Shown: piece by piece, positions 18,375 through 27,692 of the stretch
Numbering within the stretch: position 1 is the first letter of the stretch
Layout of the letters: the number at the start of each line of letters is the position of its first letter
Source of the DNA: Candidatus Krumholzibacteriia bacterium
Lineage (GTDB): Bacteria > Krumholzibacteriota > Krumholzibacteriia > LZORAL124-64-63
DNA length: 64,000 nt
Direction: 5' to 3'
Assembly: GCA_050174015.1 (NCBI GenBank)
Contig: JBFXKG010000006.1
Coordinates: 32,001-96,000 of the forward strand
The notes under the pieces: model-generated
Databases searched by the model: none
What the model was told of the DNA's origin: nothing
What the model saw: the letters and a program-made list of their open reading frames with translations, nothing else
Translations under genes and position numbers: made by a program

Positions 18375-18425
18375 CCCCGCTCCTCCTCAGCGTCCTGGGT
18401 CGAAAGAATTTCCGTCAACCCAGTG

Positions 18426-18450
18426 ATCGACAGGATCCGGGAACAATTTA
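18426..18450 (-). promoter_or_regulatory. sigma28-like promoter for the zinc-ribbon gene
   Basis: Minus strand TAAA-N15-GTCGAT. Confidence 0.55.
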
Positions 18451-18499
18451 GCTTTGTTTGCAGGGCCGGGAAATGCGTCCCGGACGTCCGGCCCGACCG

Positions 18500-19459
18500 T
18501 CATGGCGACAGGATGAGATCCAGGACCAGGCTGCCGACCTGAGCCAGGCTCCCGGCGGAGCACTTGTCGGGCGTATCCTCGAGAGTGTGCCAGAACCGGT
18601 AGTCGAATTCGATGAGATCCAGGGCAGGAATGCCCCTGCGCAGGAAGGGCACGTGGTCGTCGAACACCGGCGGCCCGGGGAACGGCTGGAAGGCGTCCAG
18701 GCCCAGGGCCTGGGCCCGTTCGAAGACCGTCCGCGTCCACTCCGGCGCATACTGCAGGGAATAGGCTTCCTGGGGAATGAGCAGGTCGCGATCCCCCACC
18801 ATGTCCAGCAGGATCAACCCGCGCGGGGCGGCCTGAGGCAAGGGGCTGCCGAACTCGCCCCAGGATTCGGCCATCCGGGCGCTGCCCAGGCAGAATCCCC
18901 GGGGGTCGCCGCCCAGACCGGCGTCCTCCCCGTCGAAGAACAGCAGCTCGACGCCGGCGGGAGGAACCCTGCCGGCGAGGACTTCCATCAGGTGCAACAG
19001 CACGGCCACGCCGCTGGCCCCGTCGTTGGCGCCGACCAGGGGCTCCAGACGGGCGGTGGGATCGGGATCGCGGTCGCAGTGGGGTCTGGTGTCGAGATGG
19101 GCGCCCAGCCACAGCCCCGGGCCCTCGCCTCCTCCGGGGATGGACACCACGACGTTGCAGATCCCCACCTCCTCGCCGGTGAGGGGCAGGACGGCGGAGA
19201 AGCACTGGTCCCTGCTCGGGAAACCGCAGCGACCGGCTGTATCGTGGATCAGGCGACGCAAGGCGGCGTTGCCGGGGCTTCCGGGAATCCGGGGACCCAG
19301 GTCGCACTGGGCGATCACCAGCTCCAGGGCCCTCTCGCCGGAGAATACGGTTTCCGCCGATCCGGCCCCGGAGGCGGGACCCGGCCACACGAGGATCGCC
19401 CAGACCAGGGCGACGGCAGCCGGACGGAGCAGGCGGAAGATCCCAGTTGGATCCGGCAC
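18500..19459 (-). CDS. M28-family metalloprotein, glutaminyl-cyclase-like
   Basis: AHLDTRP, GANDGASGV, FFDGED, CLGS, LLDMVGD, DDHVPF, WHTLED; GTG start 1 nt after the sprA stop. Confidence 0.85.
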   Translation of the reverse strand: MPDPTGIFRLLRPAAVALVWAILVWPGPASGAGSAETVFSGERALELVIAQCDLGPRIPGSPGNAALRRLIHDTAGRCGFPSRDQCFSAVLPLTGEEVGICNVVVSIPGGGEGPGLWLGAHLDTRPHCDRDPDPTARLEPLVGANDGASGVAVLLHLMEVLAGRVPPAGVELLFFDGEDAGLGGDPRGFCLGSARMAESWGEFGSPLPQAAPRGLILLDMVGDRDLLIPQEAYSLQYAPEWTRTVFERAQALGLDAFQPFPGPPVFDDHVPFLRRGIPALDLIEFDYRFWHTLEDTPDKCSAGSLAQVGSLVLDLILSP

Positions 19460-19460
19460 T

Positions 19461-22400
19461 CTAGAAGACAAAGGTCGCCTCCACTCCCAGTCCGAGCGAG
19501 GTGGTCGACTGGTCCGTCGCCACGTTCTTGGTGTGACTGTAGATGAAACGCACCGCTCCGTTCAGGTTCCGGGTGACCTGGTAGCTGAAGCGTGGATTGA
19601 CGCTGTACCTGGTCTGACCCGTCGGTGCGGCCGGCCTGCCCCCGGGGTTGAGACGTTCGGTCCGGTCGCGCTGGTACGAGATGTCCACGTCCATGTTGAC
19701 GGTGGGATTGTTGCCCGGGCGGTAGAGGCCCAGCTTGGCGAGCAGGCCCTGGGCCCGGAACTGGTGCCGCAACTGGAGTCCGAACCGCATCTTGTTGGAG
19801 GTGGTCAGAACGCCGTTGGACAGGCTTTCGTCCTTGTTCAGGGTGCTGTTCAGCGTCGCGGTCAGGCCGCTGTGGAAGTTGAAGGTCCAGCGGGGGCCGA
19901 CGGAGGTCGAAACGCTCGGGTTGTAGGAGACGTCGGTGTAGTTGTTGACGGTCTTGGTGCGCTTGTAGCTGAGGTTGAGGTTCGAGGAACGGAACCAGCC
20001 GCTGTTCGGGTCGTCCTGCTCGCTCCCGAACACGCCCCACTTCTCGATGCCGTTGAGGGTGAACTGGACGTCGGGCCAGTCGGTCTTCATGCTCCTGCTC
20101 CGGGTGCCGACCTGGTCCCGCAGGGAGTTGGTTTCCCCGTACTTCACGTCGAAGCCGACGTTGCGGTTGATCTTGGTGGTGGTCGAGAGGTTCAGGCTCC
20201 GGCTCTCCTGGGAGGCCCGGGCTGCGTACATGGTGTCGGGCAAGTCCAGGGAATTCTCCAGGCCGGCCATGTACCAGAAGGGCGCCGTTTCCTCCAGACG
20301 CGTGTAGCTGCTGCTCTTCTTGTCGGACAGCGTCACCTTCACCGGCGTGGATTCCCGCAGGACGTTCAGGATGGGGTTCAGGAGGGCCAGGGGGTCGAGG
20401 CGGCCGCCCTCCCCTTCGACCGGCGCGGCGGGTTCGGGAGTCGCGCCCAGTCCCTGGGCCTGCTCCTCCTCCAGCCGCTCCTGGGCCTCCTCCAGGAGCC
20501 GCTCCTCCTCCAGCCGCCGGCGTTCCTCGGGGGTCAATCCGCCGAGGTCTCCGCCGCCTGGTCCCCCCACCGAGGTGCTGTCGGTCGGGGCGCCTCCCCG
20601 TTCCCGGCCCGAGCCCCGCAGGGATTGCTGCTCGCGGCGGCGCTGCTCCTCGATCATGCGGCTGCGCTCGGCGGCGGTGATCTTCTTCTCCGGAAAGACC
20701 GACTTCACGGCCTCTCCGAAGGGCAGGTCGAACCTCAGGTCCCAGTTCCCGTTGTTGCTGACGCTGCGGACGTCGTCCGAGTCGCCCGCCTGCCGGATGG
20801 CCGGATCGTGCTGGTCGGCGGAGTTGCCCGTGAACTGGATGCTCGGCCGCAGCTTCGTCACCTGCCGGGCGGCGGCGCGCAGCGGGGCGAACACCGCCCC
20901 GTCCGGCAGATCCTTGGCCTGGGGCGGCACGATCGTCATGCGCAGGTCGTAGCTCCGCTTGTTCTCCTCGCCGATGTTGATCCCGAACGCCTGCCTCTCA
21001 CGCAGCAGGTCGCGGTCCGACTTCACCGTCACGCTCATGTCCAGCAGGTTCATCGGCTGGTAGTCGATGCTACCCGAAAGAACTCCCGGCCGGGTCAGGA
21101 CCTCCGGACGGGGCAACACGTTGCCCCGGTCGTCGATGGTCGCCGAACTCTGCCAGCTGCTCGTGAAACTGGCGCCCATCGCGATCTTCTTCGGCACCAG
21201 GGACAGGCCCCTCAGCAAGGGGATGCTCTCCAGCACCGGATAGGAGGCCAGGGTGTATTTCCCCGTGATCCGCAGGTCATAGTTGAGGGATCCCTGCAGG
21301 CTCTTCTGCCGGCGCCTCTCCAGGGGACCGTCCAGCCGGGACCGCGAACCGTTCAGCAGGAAGGTCCAGGGATCGACCAGGTAGCGGGGAAGGGAGCCCT
21401 GGCTGGGGGAATGGCTGACCCGGGAGCTGAAGCGCTCCTGGGTGTCGATGGTGGACATCACGTTGCGCATGTCCTCGTCGATGATCTCGATGTCGCTGTT
21501 GGTCACGTACTTCGGCCGCTGGAGGGTCTGCCGGCGGCTGAGGTTGACGGGCAGGCGGAAGCCCAGCATGGGCACGAAGTCGTCGGCGTTGAAGTTCGCG
21601 GCGACGTTCCAGTCCTCGTGGTCGATGCCGGACCCGGTGTTGCGGTCCAGGCCGTGGTACTCCGAATCGGTATGCTTCCAGTCGAGGTCGACCTTGATGA
21701 CGTCCGCCATGTTCACGCGCACGCCGGCCCGCTGGGCCATGCCGATGTCCTTCTTCACGTCCTCGAGGATGACGTCGTTGAAGTAGATGAACCCCGTCAC
21801 CGGTTCGCTCAGGCGCTCGTTGCGGATGCCGAAGTAGTAACGCTTGACCCGGCGCAGGTCCGGGCGGCCGACCACCCGCGCCTGGTAGACGTCCCCCGTC
21901 CGCTTGTCCACGACCGTCCCGTGCGCCACCCCCGCTTCGTCCAGTTCACCCTGCTTCACGTTGGACAGCTCGGCCAGGCCGATGGTCAGGCCGTGCCAGC
22001 CGGTCTTGGCCTCGGAATCGGCGAACCGGTAGGTCACCTCGTAGAAGTTGAGGGAATCGGATCCGACGCGGAAGAACAGGTCCAGGTCCGCGTTCCGCTG
22101 GTCCTGATTGAAGAGGTACCAGGACAGATCCCGGTATGGGGTGTAGTCGTCCCCGCGCGGGGAGACCTGCTTGCCGATCCGGATCATGTGCCCCTGCTGC
22201 AGATCCTTGAAGTCCAGGACCAGGGACTGCTCCTTCTCGGGAATGTTGTTCAGTTCGGGCACCGGGAAGGGCGGGTTGTAGTCGGGGTTCTCCTTGTTGT
22301 TGACCTCCCCCAGGAAGAACTCCGCGCCGCGCCTCTCCACGTCGCCCAGCAGGGCCTCGTCGCTGGATCGCCGCACGCCCTCCCGTTCCCAGCGGCTGCC

Positions 22401-25400
22401 CAGGAACTTCAGCTCCGACAGCTGCAGGTGGACGGTATTGTCAGAAGCCCGCGTTTCGGGATTTTCATACCAAATTCTCACATGAGTGATGGCCTTGATA
22501 TTGGGTGCAGTATTTTCGGAAATTTCTTCAACGTCACTAATTCGAATCCTATATTTCCGCCAGGCAATCCGGTTCGATTTCAATTCTGCGATCGAAGATG
22601 CGACCTGAGGATCGGCTGAATCGGCAAAATCATTGATCACATCGACCAATGGTTGGGTTTTCTGCAAATCAATGATGGCCGAAAAGTACCCGTTATCCCT
22701 GTCAAGTCGAGTATTCCCATTCAGGTCCTCAGAATCCTCCCGGTTGTTCCTCGCCGTTCCATTGATATTGGGAAATGGAGAATCCCCATCAATTTCATAC
22801 TCCACCCCATATCTTTGAGCACCATTCTCATTCCCATCCAGGCCAACATCTTCATCATAAGTCCAAACCCCATCCCGACTATTTCCGGCGATACCGTCTT
22901 CTTGTTCAAATTGGCCGACAATCAATTTCCCATCTCCACCAAGGGGCCAAAAACCATCCTCACTTATGTAGCCGAAGTCAATATGAACTCTACCGGACCT
23001 ATTCTCCATTTCGGGATTACCATCATTGATCCAAATTTCGATAAACTGAGATTTGGAAAGGTCCAAACCAGTGCGACTGATGCCGCGCATAATTCCTCCC
23101 CAACTCTCGCGGCGCCAGCCTCCCGGATGGGTCCGTAGATACAAATCCATTGCCTGCTGAGTTTCGTCACGCTCCTGGCCTTCCAGCTTTGGATTCAAAT
23201 ACCACCGCAACACCCTATCCTTGGAAAGAAACCACCGGTTGACGGGGACTCGGTCTTCAGGGTCAAAAGTCCGGAAATCCCCGGTCTGAGATTGGAACAA
23301 ATCACCGAGTAACGGGGAACTGGCCCAGGACCAGCCCGTCCGGTTCAGGCTGACGAAGTTGGAGGAGTCGACGCCCTCGAAGTCCTCGAGAAACACCCGG
23401 CCCTTGGTGTTGGGATTGGGGACGCTGACCGCCAGCTCGCCGCTGAACTGGACGCTGCTCTCCCGGTCGGAGTCCTTGAGGCTGAGGAAGTTGGCCGCGT
23501 GGGTGAGGAAGTAGGGTTTGAATGTGTTGCTGAAGTTGACGTTGCCGACGAGGTTCTTGCTCGGTTCCTCCCCCAGCTTGGCCTTCTCCCCCACGATCGC
23601 CTCCGCCTGGTAGAGCCAGGTCGTCGAGAGCTTGCTCTCCCGGCCCAGGTCGTAGCCCAGGTTCAGCCCCATGAGGCTGGTCTTGCCTCCCCCGATGAAG
23701 GGGGCGTACTGGTAGTTGACCGAGATCTGGCTGTCGGGCGTCAGGTTGGCGTTTTCCCCCATGAGGGTGATCTCGCCGAAGGTGTAGTCGATCTCGTAGT
23801 CCGTGCCGCGGGTCAGGGTCCGGCCGTCCAGGGTGACGGATTCCGAGCCCTCCTCGATGTTCGAGACGCCCAGGCTGATGTTGTTGCTGGCCGAGGCGTG
23901 GGTGGCCACGAGGCGGAAGAACTGGTACTGGTTGTACTCGGTCGGCAGAACGCCCGGATCGTAGAGCCGCGGGGCCTGGTTGTCATACAGGAAGGTGTTG
24001 GGCTCGAAGGCGAAGGACGGGGTATCGGCGTAGGCTGCGTACAGGTCCCCGGAGGCTGCGAAGGGGGTGGGGAAATCCAGGGGGAACTTCAACAGGCCCT
24101 TGTTCAGGTCGAAGAGGTACTCGTTGTGGAAGTCGACCACCCCGTCAGGGCCGCCCGTGCGCTGGGCGTTCTCCCGGTCCAGGCCGAAGATGCGGATGTA
24201 ATCGAGACCCGCCTCGTCGAGCTGGGGCTGGGCCTCGGTCGTGGTGTTCCGCTCGATCCGCAGGCTGAAGGTCTGGGGATCGATGTTGGCTCCGCCCAGG
24301 GAGTAGATGTTCCGCAGGACGTAGTTGAAGATGTGCGGATGGTTGTCGTTCACCGGGGCCTTGAGCAGTTTCAGGCGGTAGAAGAGCCCGGTGGCGTCGG
24401 GCAGGGTCTGGGTGGGCGCCGCGCCGGGGCGGTCGCCGACCGTGGCGACGATGGCCCCGGCCTGGTCGATGATGTTGTAGGTCACCGCCAGGACGTCGTC
24501 GTCCTGCATGCGGGTGCGCATGTCGATGGCCACCAGTCCGCCGTCCGCATCCAGCAGGGGATCGTAGCTGGTGATCTCCCGCCAGCGCTGGCCGTAGATG
24601 TGCGGGTCCTCGAAATCCATGCTGGTGGGATTCCAGAACTGGTAGCCCAGGGAGTCGACGTAGGCCGCCACGTTCTCGATGTCGTCCCCGGTCAGCGGCC
24701 CCGGGCCCATCATCAGGTAGATCTTCAGGGAGCTGAGGTCGATCTGCAGGCCCTGCACCCGCCCGCCTGGCTCGACTTCGGGGCGGTCGAGCCGGAAGAA
24801 CCGGTTGTTGAGATAGTCGGAGGAGTAGATGATCCGGTCCTCGACGGTGCCCCCCTTGGCGTTGAAGGACTTGGAGGACGACTCGGCCTTCTGCTTGGAT
24901 GCCACCGCGGTGAAGTCGGCCCGCCCGACCTGGCCGGTCACCTTGATGCCGAACAGGCCGGACTTGTTGGAACTGTAGCCCAGCAGCTGGCTGCCCGGCA
25001 GCGTCAGCCCCACGTCGCCGCTCTCGATGGTCTGGATGATCTCGTCCTCCAGCCCCTGGTACATCAGCTTGATCTTGGTGGCCTCGGGCCCGATGGCCGC
25101 GCTGTTGTGGTCCACCTCGATGATGATCTTCTCGCCGATGGTGCCCGAAAGGTTGACCTGCAGCTCCTGCTCCATGTCCAGGGACGGGAACAGGGACTGG
25201 TTCTGGACCCGCTCGCTGCCCACGAACGGCTTGACCACCGTGCTCTCGCCGCTGAGGGAGATGTGCTCGCGGCCGCTGATCTTGATCCTGGTCTTCTCGC
25301 CCCGGCCGATGATCCTTTCCAGGGTCCGGGGCAGCTTGATGGGGATGGTCAGGTTGATGCCGTCGGACTGCTGGGTGCGGCCCTTGCCCACGACGCTGAG

Positions 25401-25979
25401 GGACTCGACCCACCCCCGGACCTGGTCGACCCCGTGGCGCCGGGCCATCCCGGCTGCGATGTCGTCGACGAAAACCTCGACCAGGGGGTCGCCCAGGGGA
25501 CGGGGGGGGTAGTACTGGAACCCCCCGGGCAGGGTCTCGGGGGCGGGGAACAGGAAGAAGAACTTGGGATGCCTGATCTCGATCAGCAGACCCGCGGGAC
25601 CGTGGTACTCGACCAGGTGTTCCATCCGCACGAGATCGACCCTGGATTTCTCGAGCCAGATGGACCTCAGGGAACTTTCGAGACCGGGCCTCGTTATCCC
25701 CGTCCGCCGGGGTTCGATCCCCAGGCCCTTCATGCGCTCCAGCAGGACCAGGCGCTCGAGGCCCAGCAGGCGGGGATCGTCCGTGGCCCGGATCACCGGG
25801 TCGAGGCCGTAGAGAAGCGGGCCCTGGTAGACCGGGTCGGCGAGCCCGGTCCGGGCTGCAAGAACCAGCAGCAAAAGAAAGCCCAGGATCGGCGGACGGC
25901 GAACCCCCACGCGCCCGGCCTGGGCGCCCATGACGGGGCGCACGGCGCGGTTCCTCTCGCTGGCGGATGCCTGGACCAA
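19461..25979 (-). CDS. sprA: SprA/Sov-like large outer-membrane translocon (type IX secretion)
   Basis: About 2170 aa with motifs GTIGEKI, EDEIIQTIESG, GLFGIK, LRNIYSLG, DYEIDYTFG, WGGIMR, ISED, EDLNGN, and C-terminal F beta-signal. Exact start uncertain. Confidence 0.85.
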   Translation of the reverse strand: MVQASASERNRAVRPVMGAQAGRVGVRRPPILGFLLLLVLAARTGLADPVYQGPLLYGLDPVIRATDDPRLLGLERLVLLERMKGLGIEPRRTGITRPGLESSLRSIWLEKSRVDLVRMEHLVEYHGPAGLLIEIRHPKFFFLFPAPETLPGGFQYYPPRPLGDPLVEVFVDDIAAGMARRHGVDQVRGWVESLSVVGKGRTQQSDGINLTIPIKLPRTLERIIGRGEKTRIKISGREHISLSGESTVVKPFVGSERVQNQSLFPSLDMEQELQVNLSGTIGEKIIIEVDHNSAAIGPEATKIKLMYQGLEDEIIQTIESGDVGLTLPGSQLLGYSSNKSGLFGIKVTGQVGRADFTAVASKQKAESSSKSFNAKGGTVEDRIIYSSDYLNNRFFRLDRPEVEPGGRVQGLQIDLSSLKIYLMMGPGPLTGDDIENVAAYVDSLGYQFWNPTSMDFEDPHIYGQRWREITSYDPLLDADGGLVAIDMRTRMQDDDVLAVTYNIIDQAGAIVATVGDRPGAAPTQTLPDATGLFYRLKLLKAPVNDNHPHIFNYVLRNIYSLGGANIDPQTFSLRIERNTTTEAQPQLDEAGLDYIRIFGLDRENAQRTGGPDGVVDFHNEYLFDLNKGLLKFPLDFPTPFAASGDLYAAYADTPSFAFEPNTFLYDNQAPRLYDPGVLPTEYNQYQFFRLVATHASASNNISLGVSNIEEGSESVTLDGRTLTRGTDYEIDYTFGEITLMGENANLTPDSQISVNYQYAPFIGGGKTSLMGLNLGYDLGRESKLSTTWLYQAEAIVGEKAKLGEEPSKNLVGNVNFSNTFKPYFLTHAANFLSLKDSDRESSVQFSGELAVSVPNPNTKGRVFLEDFEGVDSSNFVSLNRTGWSWASSPLLGDLFQSQTGDFRTFDPEDRVPVNRWFLSKDRVLRWYLNPKLEGQERDETQQAMDLYLRTHPGGWRRESWGGIMRGISRTGLDLSKSQFIEIWINDGNPEMENRSGRVHIDFGYISEDGFWPLGGDGKLIVGQFEQEDGIAGNSRDGVWTYDEDVGLDGNENGAQRYGVEYEIDGDSPFPNINGTARNNREDSEDLNGNTRLDRDNGYFSAIIDLQKTQPLVDVINDFADSADPQVASSIAELKSNRIAWRKYRIRISDVEEISENTAPNIKAITHVRIWYENPETRASDNTVHLQLSELKFLGSRWEREGVRRSSDEALLGDVERRGAEFFLGEVNNKENPDYNPPFPVPELNNIPEKEQSLVLDFKDLQQGHMIRIGKQVSPRGDDYTPYRDLSWYLFNQDQRNADLDLFFRVGSDSLNFYEVTYRFADSEAKTGWHGLTIGLAELSNVKQGELDEAGVAHGTVVDKRTGDVYQARVVGRPDLRRVKRYYFGIRNERLSEPVTGFIYFNDVILEDVKKDIGMAQRAGVRVNMADVIKVDLDWKHTDSEYHGLDRNTGSGIDHEDWNVAANFNADDFVPMLGFRLPVNLSRRQTLQRPKYVTNSDIEIIDEDMRNVMSTIDTQERFSSRVSHSPSQGSLPRYLVDPWTFLLNGSRSRLDGPLERRRQKSLQGSLNYDLRITGKYTLASYPVLESIPLLRGLSLVPKKIAMGASFTSSWQSSATIDDRGNVLPRPEVLTRPGVLSGSIDYQPMNLLDMSVTVKSDRDLLRERQAFGINIGEENKRSYDLRMTIVPPQAKDLPDGAVFAPLRAAARQVTKLRPSIQFTGNSADQHDPAIRQAGDSDDVRSVSNNGNWDLRFDLPFGEAVKSVFPEKKITAAERSRMIEEQRRREQQSLRGSGRERGGAPTDSTSVGGPGGGDLGGLTPEERRRLEEERLLEEAQERLEEEQAQGLGATPEPAAPVEGEGGRLDPLALLNPILNVLRESTPVKVTLSDKKSSSYTRLEETAPFWYMAGLENSLDLPDTMYAARASQESRSLNLSTTTKINRNVGFDVKYGETNSLRDQVGTRSRSMKTDWPDVQFTLNGIEKWGVFGSEQDDPNSGWFRSSNLNLSYKRTKTVNNYTDVSYNPSVSTSVGPRWTFNFHSGLTATLNSTLNKDESLSNGVLTTSNKMRFGLQLRHQFRAQGLLAKLGLYRPGNNPTVNMDVDISYQRDRTERLNPGGRPAAPTGQTRYSVNPRFSYQVTRNLNGAVRFIYSHTKNVATDQSTTSLGLGVEATFVF

Positions 25980-26246
25980 GCTTGCTTCCCCTCGCGGCTG
26001 GGTACCGGGAGAATCTGATGTGCGGATGGAGCTTGAATTCGTCCCCGAAAATGGTCATCCTGACCCCAGGACCGGCCAGATTCACTCCCGCCCTTCCGGA
26101 ACCCCGGCAGGGTGGGACCCACCCCGCCGTGGACCCGGGGTCCAGTCCCTGACGTTCAGCGCCCAGGTTTTCGGGAAGAGCCCGGAATCAAAGATGAACC
26201 CGCGGTCCGGGAGACACCGAAGAACGCAACTGGCCGAAAGGGCTGT

Positions 26247-27692
26247 ATGTACCTGATAAACAGACACTTGCTCTCATCGGTCAAAGGTCCGTTCTTCTTC
26301 GGGTTGTCCGTCATCACCTTCCTGCTGATGATAGACACCCTGTTCAGCTTCGTCGATCTCTTTGTGACGAAAGGAGTACCCTTCTGGGTCGCGACCCAGG
26401 TCCTGCTCCTCAGCCTTCCCCATACCTTTGCATTATCCATACCAATGTCCGTCCTGGTGGCGGTCCTCATGGGTGTCGGACAACTCGCCGCCGACAATGA
26501 AGTTACAGCATTGAAAGCCAGCGGGGTGAGCCTCTATGCCCTTCTCCGGCCGCTCCTGCTGGGAGCCGCCCTGGTCGCGCTCGCCCTCACCGCCTACAAC
26601 CACTTCTTCTTCCCCCGGATGAACCACACCCTGGCCGGACTCCTCCAGGACATCAACCGGACCAAGCCCATGCTCCAGATCCAGCCCCAGCAGTTCACCG
26701 ACCTGAACGACCGGATGACCATCTTCGTGGGGAACAAGGACGACATCACCGGCCGCATCGATGACGTGACCATCATCGAGAAGGAGGGTCCCGGGGACCT
26801 CTCCCCCCGGATGACCTTCGCCGCCTGGGGCCGCATCATCACCGACCACGAGAACGACCTGATGACCCTGGAGCTCCATGACGGGGAGACGCACGAGAAG
26901 CAGGACAGGAACGAACCCGACAAGTATCAGGTGATCCGCTTCTCCCAGCACAACCGGACCATCACCGATGCCGAGCAGGACCTCCAGCGCACCGAGCGCA
27001 AGGCGAAGACCGATCGGGAGATGGATCTGAACGAACTGCTTGCCGCAGCAGCCGAGGAGCGCAAGATGCAGGACGGGGTCAACGACCGCGTCCGGGACAT
27101 CACCGGATCATTCCTGCGCTGGGAATGGAACCTGCTCAGCGCTGCCGGCCGGAACATGGTCCTCGCCTCGGAGGACGGCAACCCCAAGACCAACCGCAAG
27201 CCCCGCATCCGGGAGGAGCGGTTCGAGGAGGCCAGGACGAAGGTCCGTCGGGTCGCCGAGCAGGCCCAGTTCCAGACCCGCGTGCTGGACACCTACGTCG
27301 TCAAGGAGAACAAGTACCTGGTGGAGTTCCACAAGAAGTTCTCCATTCCCTTCGCCTGCGTGGTCTTCGCGGTCCTGGGCGTCCCCATGGCGGTCACCAC
27401 CAGCCGCAGCGGTAAAGGCATCAGCGCCAGCTTGGCCATCGCGGTGTTCCTGGTATATTACCTGTTCCTGGTGGGGGGCGAGAAGATGGCCGACCGGGGC
27501 CGCCTGGACCCCTTCCTGGCCATGTGGTCCGCGAACTTCGTCCTGCTGGCGGTGGGCGTCCCCATCTTCGTCAAGACGGTGAAGGAATCCTCCGTGGTGA
27601 GCATCACCCTCAAGCCCAGAAGTCCGAAGGCCGGGAGTCCGCGGGTCTGGGGGCCCAGGTCCGGCCGCGACGGGGAATGCATCCCCCGATGA
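26247..27692 (+). CDS. lptF: LPS export ABC permease, LptF-like
   Basis: IPMSVLVA, DNEVTALKASGVS, VEFHKKFSIPFAC, AMWSAN. Confidence 0.88.
   Translation: MYLINRHLLSSVKGPFFFGLSVITFLLMIDTLFSFVDLFVTKGVPFWVATQVLLLSLPHTFALSIPMSVLVAVLMGVGQLAADNEVTALKASGVSLYALLRPLLLGAALVALALTAYNHFFFPRMNHTLAGLLQDINRTKPMLQIQPQQFTDLNDRMTIFVGNKDDITGRIDDVTIIEKEGPGDLSPRMTFAAWGRIITDHENDLMTLELHDGETHEKQDRNEPDKYQVIRFSQHNRTITDAEQDLQRTERKAKTDREMDLNELLAAAAEERKMQDGVNDRVRDITGSFLRWEWNLLSAAGRNMVLASEDGNPKTNRKPRIREERFEEARTKVRRVAEQAQFQTRVLDTYVVKENKYLVEFHKKFSIPFACVVFAVLGVPMAVTTSRSGKGISASLAIAVFLVYYLFLVGGEKMADRGRLDPFLAMWSANFVLLAVGVPIFVKTVKESSVVSITLKPRSPKAGSPRVWGPRSGRDGECIPR

Noticed and set aside
22653..23138. 161-aa plus-strand ORF (and smaller ones) within the AT-rich patch as an inserted foreign gene
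   Set aside because: It is the antisense shadow of the sprA frame, which continues through the patch with conserved SprA motifs
22435..23320. Intein, intron or mobile element as the cause of the low-GC block
   Set aside because: No splice-junction or endonuclease motifs and no terminal repeats seen; the encoded sequence is SprA-like
26208..26245. GGGAGACACCGAAGAACGCAA resembling part of a glycine riboswitch
   Set aside because: The downstream CTCTCAGG element and supporting stems are missing, and the context (lptF) does not fit
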